A stretch of DNA of 64,000 nucleotides from Polyangiaceae bacterium (GTDB lineage Bacteria; Myxococcota_A; Polyangia; Polyangiales; Polyangiaceae): positions 320,001-384,000 of the forward strand of contig CBDCTZ010000016.1 of assembly GCA_965222375.1 (NCBI GenBank), in the 5' to 3' direction. Below, piece by piece: positions 57,981-64,000 of the stretch. How positions within the stretch are numbered: the stretch's first letter is position 1; the number at the start of each line of letters is the position of its first letter. The position numbers and the translations under genes are program-made. The notes under the pieces are model-generated. The model saw only the letters and a program-made list of their open reading frames with translations. It had not been told where the DNA came from and ran no database searches.

Positions 57981-59288
57981 CTAGCGGGTTGGCGTTTGCG
58001 GTGGCTTGCTGACCCAAGCTAGGCCAAAAGCGCCCGGGAGGCAGCTGCTGTCTCCGATTGCGACTTCGCGCTTCTTCAGGTGGGTGCGCTGGATCTTCGG
58101 GATCTTGAGTCCGCAGATCTCGACTCGGCGCAGCGTAACGATGGACAGCAGTGGGTCGAGATCACGGACCTTGGTTTCAGCGACATCCAAGAACTGCAGA
58201 CGCTGGTGTTGCCATAGCGGCATCAGATCTGAGATGCGCGTACGGTTCACGTAGAGGTTTTCGAGCGCGCCGAGTTTCGCGACCAGTTTGAGGTCGCTGA
58301 AGTTCGTTTCGTCGAGCACCAACCACTCCAGCTTGGACAGTGCCGCGAGTGCGGAGAAGTTCGTCGCGGGCACTTTGCGTAGGCCGAGCATTTCGAGCGC
58401 GGTCAGGCCGCGCAGCGGAGTGAGATCGCTGACGCGGGTTTTGGCGAGGTTGAGACTCACCAGCCGCGACAGGCCGGCGAGGGGACCAATGTCGGAAACC
58501 TGTGTTTCGGAAAGATCCAGTTCCCGGAGTTGTGGCAGCCGCTTCAACGGGGCCAAGTCGCGCACGCCCGTGTCGTATAGGCCCAAGGACGTGAGCTGGC
58601 GCAAACCACTCAGGGGGCGGATGTCGTTGACGAAAGTGTCGCCGAGCTGAAGCCAGCGAAGCTTCTCGAGGCCGGCAAGAGGCTTCAGATCGCTGACGGG
58701 GCAGCCGTGCAGATCCAGCCACTCGAGCTTGTTCAGGGACTCCAGCGGCGAAAGCCCTTTGATTGCGACTGAACGCAGGTTGAGCCCGCGCAGCTGGGTC
58801 AGCTTGGATACAGGCGAAAGATCGATCTCCCGCGAGCCGCCGCTGTGGTGCAGCTTCAGGATCCGTAGGCTCTTGATGTGCCGCAGCGGCGCGACGTCGA
58901 GGCCCATGTTGCGGATCTCCAGGTATTCGAGCTGCGGCAGTCGCCTCAGCGGCGACAGATCGATTTCGCCGAGGCTGTCGAGGATCAGCTTCTTGAGACC
59001 CATCAAGCCGCTGAGGCGCTCGAGATCTAGATCCTTGGGCAGGTCGTCGCCCAAGTACCGAGCGCACTCCAGTTCGACTTCGGTTCCCTTCAAGACCCGA
59101 TTGCAGAACTCGACTGGGTAGCTCTGTCGCGATTGCTCGGCGGGCGGAGGTGCCGGGGCAGAGGTCACCGGCGCTGCGACCTCACCCCCGGTTGCCTTGG
59201 TCGCTGGCGCGCTAGCGGCGGGATGCGGCGGTGGCGCGCAGGCGATCGCCATGCAGCACGCGGCGACGAAAACCCAGGACGACTTCAC
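57981..59288 (-). CDS. Internalin-like leucine-rich repeat lipoprotein
   Basis: AIAC lipobox; 22-aa repeats DL.PL..L..L..L.L..T.V. Confidence 0.92.
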   Translation of the reverse strand: MKSSWVFVAACCMAIACAPPPHPAASAPATKATGGEVAAPVTSAPAPPPAEQSRQSYPVEFCNRVLKGTEVELECARYLGDDLPKDLDLERLSGLMGLKKLILDSLGEIDLSPLRRLPQLEYLEIRNMGLDVAPLRHIKSLRILKLHHSGGSREIDLSPVSKLTQLRGLNLRSVAIKGLSPLESLNKLEWLDLHGCPVSDLKPLAGLEKLRWLQLGDTFVNDIRPLSGLRQLTSLGLYDTGVRDLAPLKRLPQLRELDLSETQVSDIGPLAGLSRLVSLNLAKTRVSDLTPLRGLTALEMLGLRKVPATNFSALAALSKLEWLVLDETNFSDLKLVAKLGALENLYVNRTRISDLMPLWQHQRLQFLDVAETKVRDLDPLLSIVTLRRVEICGLKIPKIQRTHLKKREVAIGDSSCLPGAFGLAWVSKPPQTPTR

Positions 59289-59754
59289 GGAGCGAGCCTA
59301 GCAAGACTTGCTCGCGGCTGCGGGGCTGGCGCGCGCTGAGCTTGGATTCTCGACGTCTGGGCGATGCTGGCTGGGCGAAAAAGACGAGCTTCAACTCGAA
59401 CCGGTGCGGGTGGACTGGGTGTGCCTATCGGGTAGACGCATTGCGGGCCCACGCCCTGCGAGCCCCAACAAGCTTCCGCCCGCGCCAAACTGCGAGCCCA
59501 AGCTCGCGCCCCTGCCCTCCGCGTCCGCCTCACCCCTTCAGAGTGCTGGGAGTAAGAAGCCCAGAGACGACGAAGAAGACAGCACGCCAATTTGGACCTT
59601 CCCACTCGTTGGCGCGGTTCTGGTGGCCATCGTGCTGGTGGTCGTCAAAAGTCGTGAGTATGCCAACTGGTTCTGCGCCGGGGTGGGCCACTCGCTCCAA
59701 CGCGGCCAACCGGCGTGGATTGGCATGACAGATCCGGGAGGCGGGTAGCCGTGC

Positions 59755-60759
59755 CTAGTCGTAGTAGGGGTCGAGGCGTAGCGCGCCCTTGCCCAAGGCC
59801 TGCACCCCCTCGCGGAGCTTCTCGTGTTGTCGCTTGCGCCACGCTTCGGCAGCGAGGCCGAAGACGGTTGGATCATCCAGGTCCACGTTCCAAGGCACCT
59901 GGCACAGCTGCTTCGCGCCCTCGACTTCGACCAAGCGAAGCGTGCCTCGAACCCGCCCCGGGCTGTACGTCTTGTCGGCTCGTTCCACTGGGCCGACACG
60001 CTCTTGCTCGTCGATCACGATGACGTGCTTAGGAAGCTCTCGGAGCTCGCAGGGCCCAAAAATCCGAGAGGGGGTCAAACATGCTGAGAACGGTGGGGAG
60101 CTCTTCAGTCCAGCCGGTTTCTTGCCGTCGAGCAATCTCCGGTCGAGTAGCGAGACTAAGTCTGAGGAGCGGGCCAAGGGCGGGCACTGCTTCTCGAGCT
60201 CAGTCCGAAGCGCGCGGCGCACGCGCTCGATCAGATCTCGCGCCACCCCCTCTCGCCTTGCTGCGGCTTCACGCTTGCCTTCATGCGCATCGAGCTCGCA
60301 ATCGGCAAGTTCGAAGGCGGTTCCCATGTAGCGCCACCCCGCACTGTCCTTCGCCATACACACCGGAGTGGCATGACCGCCGCCAAGCCAAGCGTTGTCC
60401 ACGTGATTCGTGCGCACGGCACCCGTGAGGCGGTAGACGGTCGCGGTCACTTTCGTGAGCTTCGCCTTGGCGCAATCCACCGCGAGATCACCCCTGCTGA
60501 GCCGAGCATGCTCGTAGACGGCGCAGACGTCTGCGGTGGCCTCTGGAGGAGATCGTCGGAGTTGATCCAGCTTGGCGCTGAGTTCCGACAGTCGCGAGTC
60601 CTTGCGCTCGTGAGTCTTGTTGACTGCGAGCAGCCCGAGACTACCGATGAGCAGCGTCATCAGCACTAGCCCGACTGCCAGCCACATCAGGCGACGGCGC
60701 CAGGGTGAAGGCTGCGAGTGAGCCGCGTTACCGGCACTGTTGGGCGTCAGGCTCGTCAT
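59755..60759 (-). CDS. Hypothetical single-TM protein
   Basis: N-terminal TM; GAGG RBS. Confidence 0.55.
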   Translation of the reverse strand: MTSLTPNSAGNAAHSQPSPWRRRLMWLAVGLVLMTLLIGSLGLLAVNKTHERKDSRLSELSAKLDQLRRSPPEATADVCAVYEHARLSRGDLAVDCAKAKLTKVTATVYRLTGAVRTNHVDNAWLGGGHATPVCMAKDSAGWRYMGTAFELADCELDAHEGKREAAARREGVARDLIERVRRALRTELEKQCPPLARSSDLVSLLDRRLLDGKKPAGLKSSPPFSACLTPSRIFGPCELRELPKHVIVIDEQERVGPVERADKTYSPGRVRGTLRLVEVEGAKQLCQVPWNVDLDDPTVFGLAAEAWRKRQHEKLREGVQALGKGALRLDPYYD

Positions 60760-60922
60760 TGGGATCGCCTCCCTCGCTGGCTGGGTTGCGGGTTCGTCAT
60801 CGGACTCGTTGCCATCGCCCGTTGGGGTGTCAGGCTCGTCATCGCCCTCGCCGCACGGGTAGTGGGCTTGTCATGAACCTGTTTCCCCCGGTTTCCGGGC
60901 GGACGCCTGCTCGTGAGAATGC

Positions 60923-61315
60923 TCAATAGCTCTCGCTTTGCGGCAGGCCATCGTTGATGTCGTAGTAGTCACCCTTGTCGCCCACGAAAGTGTGCTTGGA
61001 GAGGCGAACGCCGGTGGGACAGTCGAACAGGCCCATGGCGACGGCGGTGAACTCGTAGCCCTCCCGGTTTGGCTTCCAGAACAGGGGCGAGCCGCAGGTA
61101 CCGCAGAAACCGCGCCGGACCTGCTCCGAGGATTGAAACCACGTCACGTTGTCCCCACCGTGAATCGTCAGGGCACCGCGCCGCACGTTCGCGGCGGCGA
61201 AGAAATGACTGGACGACTTTCGACACTGCGTACAGTGGCAGGCCTCCGGTTGATGCTCGAGCGCTCCCGCTACTTCGATGCGCACTGCGCCGCATAGGCA
61301 CTTTCCCTTCAACAT
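60923..61315 (-). CDS. GFA/CENP-V family protein
   Basis: G.CLCGAV, CHC..CRK, RGFC..CGSPL. Confidence 0.92.
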   Translation of the reverse strand: MLKGKCLCGAVRIEVAGALEHQPEACHCTQCRKSSSHFFAAANVRRGALTIHGGDNVTWFQSSEQVRRGFCGTCGSPLFWKPNREGYEFTAVAMGLFDCPTGVRLSKHTFVGDKGDYYDINDGLPQSESY

Positions 61316-61545
61316 CTCGAGCCCTCCTCCGCATGCGTCTCGAGTCAACTAGCCGAAGGCGCTCCAGGGTGCCAGTTACCACCGATTACTTGGCTGAGCG
61401 CGGTTCAACGCCAGGGTTGTCGGGGACTTGGGGGGTCGCGGAACAGGTGCGGCCCTGCTTTCCGTTCAGGTTGCCACGACCCCTAGCCGAGGGCACAATA
61501 TGGTTAGTGTAGAGTGATTGGTGTCCCTTGCCCAAAGGTCAAAGA

Positions 61546-63075
61546 ATGACGTCGTGTTCTAGTCTGCGGTTCCCTACAGTTCTTGTCTTGGGCCTCTGCG
61601 CGGCCTCTGCTTGCGGCGAAGGTGATGACGGCGGAGCCTCTGGCACCGGAGGTGTCGGCAACACGGCGGGCACGGGTGGAACTCAAGCCACTGGGGGTAG
61701 TGGTGTGGGTGGGAGCGGCGCGACCGGAGGAAATGCGGCCAGTAGCGGTGCGGGTGGGAGCGGCGCGACCGGAGGAAATGCGGCCAGTAGCGGTGCGGGT
61801 GGCAGCAACGTCGACGGCGGCGGTGGGCTCCCTTCGGACGCAGGAGATGGAGGCCCGAGCAAGGACATCGCCGCTATATCCGGTTCGGGAAAACCATCGT
61901 TGGGGCCGCTCGATGCCGGGGCATACAAGGAGGAACACGATCTTGCCTACGTCTTCACCAGCGGATCGAATTTTTATATTCGTGCTGGCTGCAAAGCGTG
62001 GAGCTCGCCAATCGTCGGCGGCGCACTGCTCTTCGATGGCGCGGGCAGCTACAAGAAGATGATCCACACCTGCCGCGCCCACAACATGCTCGGCATCAAA
62101 ACCCCCGGGCAGAATTTCAGTCCCAATTGGCACAATCAGTATCACATCGCCGTTTTCCCTGGGCCTGGGGGAATCATCACCAACCACACCAGGTTCAAGT
62201 GGGACAACGAGAACCACGCCGTGCCTGCCGTCAAGAACCCTGCTGGGTCGGGCGGTGTCGAGATGACACGCGTGTTCTACGACTACCAGGGCAAGCCTCG
62301 AAGCGCGCAGAGCTACTCTTGGGATGCCGCTGGCGGGATGTTCCCTCTCTGGAACGACGAAAAGGCGGCCCAGACGGTCTTCATCGATGCTCGTCGGGGC
62401 ACTCTCGGTCCGATGGACCTCCGGCTAGACACGAGCGATGTCGAGCTTTGGACCGCAACTGCCTCGAAGGTGAGCAAGCACTCCCTCAAGGCTTTCGTAG
62501 CTCAGTATCAAGCTCTCAGCATTTCAGGCATACCTGCACTTTGCGTTGGCGGTCGAGATCTCATCTTGGGACCGCGATTTAACGCAACGGATGTGCATTG
62601 GGCTCGCTGGGACTCCACAACCAGCTCGCTTTCTGCGCTGAAGAAGCTGCCCCTTGCCTCGAAAGCCAGGATCGACAGCTGCCACGGGGACGAGAATGGC
62701 ATCTTTGTCGTCTGGCGTGACGAGCTCGACAAACGTCGGCTGCACTATTGGCGTTCGGCCACCAGCGGACTTTCCGTCGAGCCTATCAAACACTTCGATC
62801 CCAGCACGTTACCAGCGATGACAGCCTTTCAGAAACCGCTCATCTATTCCAAGGTCACGCCATCGGGTCATTTCTTCGTCGTGGGTGACCGCATCTGGAT
62901 CGACTTGCAACAGCCTCAGCAACACACAGCGCTCAAGGTGGAGCCCGCGGTCAAGCTTCTCGACTCCCTGGCCCCCTATAAGCCTTTGGCCATTTCAAAC
63001 CAACTCGGGATGCTGGGGATCTACAAGACCCTCAAAGGCCCTGAGGTTCGTTACCACACGATCACATTGAACTAA
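61546..63075 (+). CDS. Hypothetical lipoprotein with Gly/Ser linker
   Basis: ASAC lipobox; linker with an internal 45-nt duplication. Confidence 0.75.
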   Translation: MTSCSSLRFPTVLVLGLCAASACGEGDDGGASGTGGVGNTAGTGGTQATGGSGVGGSGATGGNAASSGAGGSGATGGNAASSGAGGSNVDGGGGLPSDAGDGGPSKDIAAISGSGKPSLGPLDAGAYKEEHDLAYVFTSGSNFYIRAGCKAWSSPIVGGALLFDGAGSYKKMIHTCRAHNMLGIKTPGQNFSPNWHNQYHIAVFPGPGGIITNHTRFKWDNENHAVPAVKNPAGSGGVEMTRVFYDYQGKPRSAQSYSWDAAGGMFPLWNDEKAAQTVFIDARRGTLGPMDLRLDTSDVELWTATASKVSKHSLKAFVAQYQALSISGIPALCVGGRDLILGPRFNATDVHWARWDSTTSSLSALKKLPLASKARIDSCHGDENGIFVVWRDELDKRRLHYWRSATSGLSVEPIKHFDPSTLPAMTAFQKPLIYSKVTPSGHFFVVGDRIWIDLQQPQQHTALKVEPAVKLLDSLAPYKPLAISNQLGMLGIYKTLKGPEVRYHTITLN

Positions 63076-63092
63076 CGGATGAGGATCTTTGG

Positions 63093-64000
63093 ATGAACTC
63101 TCGAGTTTGCTGCCTGCTCTTGACGGTTGTAGCTCTGTCATGCGGATCCGACGAGGACCCAGAAGGTGCTCCTGCTGGCGGGGCAGGCGGAACGGCGGGG
63201 GGCTCCGCAGGAGCGGCGGCCGGTGGCTCGGCGGGCGCAGCAGCCGGTGGCTCGGGGGGCGCAAGCGGAGGCGGGAGTTCGGGAGCCAGCGGAAGCGCTG
63301 GCTCGACGAGCGGTGGCTCAGCTGGTGCAAGCGGCTCGGCGGGCGCGAGCGGTAGTGCCGGCGCGGGAACAGGCGGCTCCTCTGCCTTCGACTATTTGAG
63401 CGATCTCAATTGGACCAAGACTCAGGGCATCAAGTCCGGCTTGGGTCCGCTGAAGGACGTCTCGGGTTACAACCCTCACATTCCACCTCCCAACATTGGC
63501 TTCGCTCCCATCTCGATAGATGGCGTGGTCTACCCAAAGGGCGTTGTGTGGTTTTCGAGTTGGGGCTCTTCGTTTGTCGAATGGTCCCTAGATGGCAAGT
63601 ACAAGAGCCTCACCATGAAGGTTCGAATCGACGACTATCGGCGGGGTAAGGTCGTCGACTCTGAATGGGCTTGTGCGAACTTTGCAACGGGAGAGTTCCT
63701 CTTCCTCTGCCGGCCTCCAAGCTATAAGACCGCCAAGGAGACGAAGTGTCCGACACCGGGGAGCTGCTCGATTGTCTGCCAGAACAACAACCCCAAGGAG
63801 CCGACCTGCAAGTTTGACAACTTGAAGATCGGTGCGGGTGGCAATGTCGTGATCAGTGGTGATGGCAAGACGTTGCACATGACCAAGGAGTTCTATGCCT
63901 ATGGTTCTGCTGCGGACGTCAACGTCGATGTCACCAACGTCCAAACGTTGCGCGTGCGGTTCAATGCTCGCCACACTGAGCAGCTCAACGCGCCGTATCG
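63093..64000 (+). CDS. Lipoprotein with Gly/Ser linker and NPCBM/NEW2-like carbohydrate-binding domain (runs off the window)
   Basis: Read manually: MNSRVCCLLLTVVALSCG..., YLSDL.W, ISIDGV.Y.KGV, L.GKY..L...V.IDD, VDVTNVQTLR. Confidence 0.75.
   Translation, partial: MNSRVCCLLLTVVALSCGSDEDPEGAPAGGAGGTAGGSAGAAAGGSAGAAAGGSGGASGGGSSGASGSAGSTSGGSAGASGSAGASGSAGAGTGGSSAFDYLSDLNWTKTQGIKSGLGPLKDVSGYNPHIPPPNIGFAPISIDGVVYPKGVVWFSSWGSSFVEWSLDGKYKSLTMKVRIDDYRRGKVVDSEWACANFATGEFLFLCRPPSYKTAKETKCPTPGSCSIVCQNNNPKEPTCKFDNLKIGAGGNVVISGDGKTLHMTKEFYAYGSAADVNVDVTNVQTLRVRFNARHTEQLNAPY

Overview
GC-rich window typical of Myxococcota (Polyangiaceae-like gene content: Gly/Ser-linker and Cys-rich lipoproteins, Ser/Thr kinase-PEGA-FHA/sigma54 module); the taxonomy is inferred. 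Main features: (1) A complete integron with intI at 55035-56009 (+), attI at ~54668-54685, and 19 cassettes running leftwards to ~40310. Its 18 near-identical attC sites are unusually long (186-213 bp). One cassette is present in 4 copies and two others in 2 copies; there are several toxin-antitoxin cassettes and an eroded tail to ~34 kb that includes an attC split around a tRNA-Ser(CGA) 3' fragment. (2) An IS110/IS1111-type element (15484-19012) inserted at a CGA core in a dispersed GTAG/REP-like repeat that has three empty copies in the window. Its 3' non-coding end carries guide-like matches to both the reconstructed target and its own circle junction (bridge/seek-RNA-like), apparently in four ~60-nt modules, one with an unassigned specificity. 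(3) Two nearly identical 2040-bp single-transposase IS66 elements with a passenger HTH-like gene; one splits the IS110 transposase and the other a doc toxin cassette. The rest contains a lipid-modification cluster (ceramide glucosyltransferase-like, GtrA, PIG-O/G-like phosphoethanolamine transferase), polysaccharide-lyase lipoproteins, small enzymes and several tandem repeats. All calls were made by eye from motifs; no database search was run.
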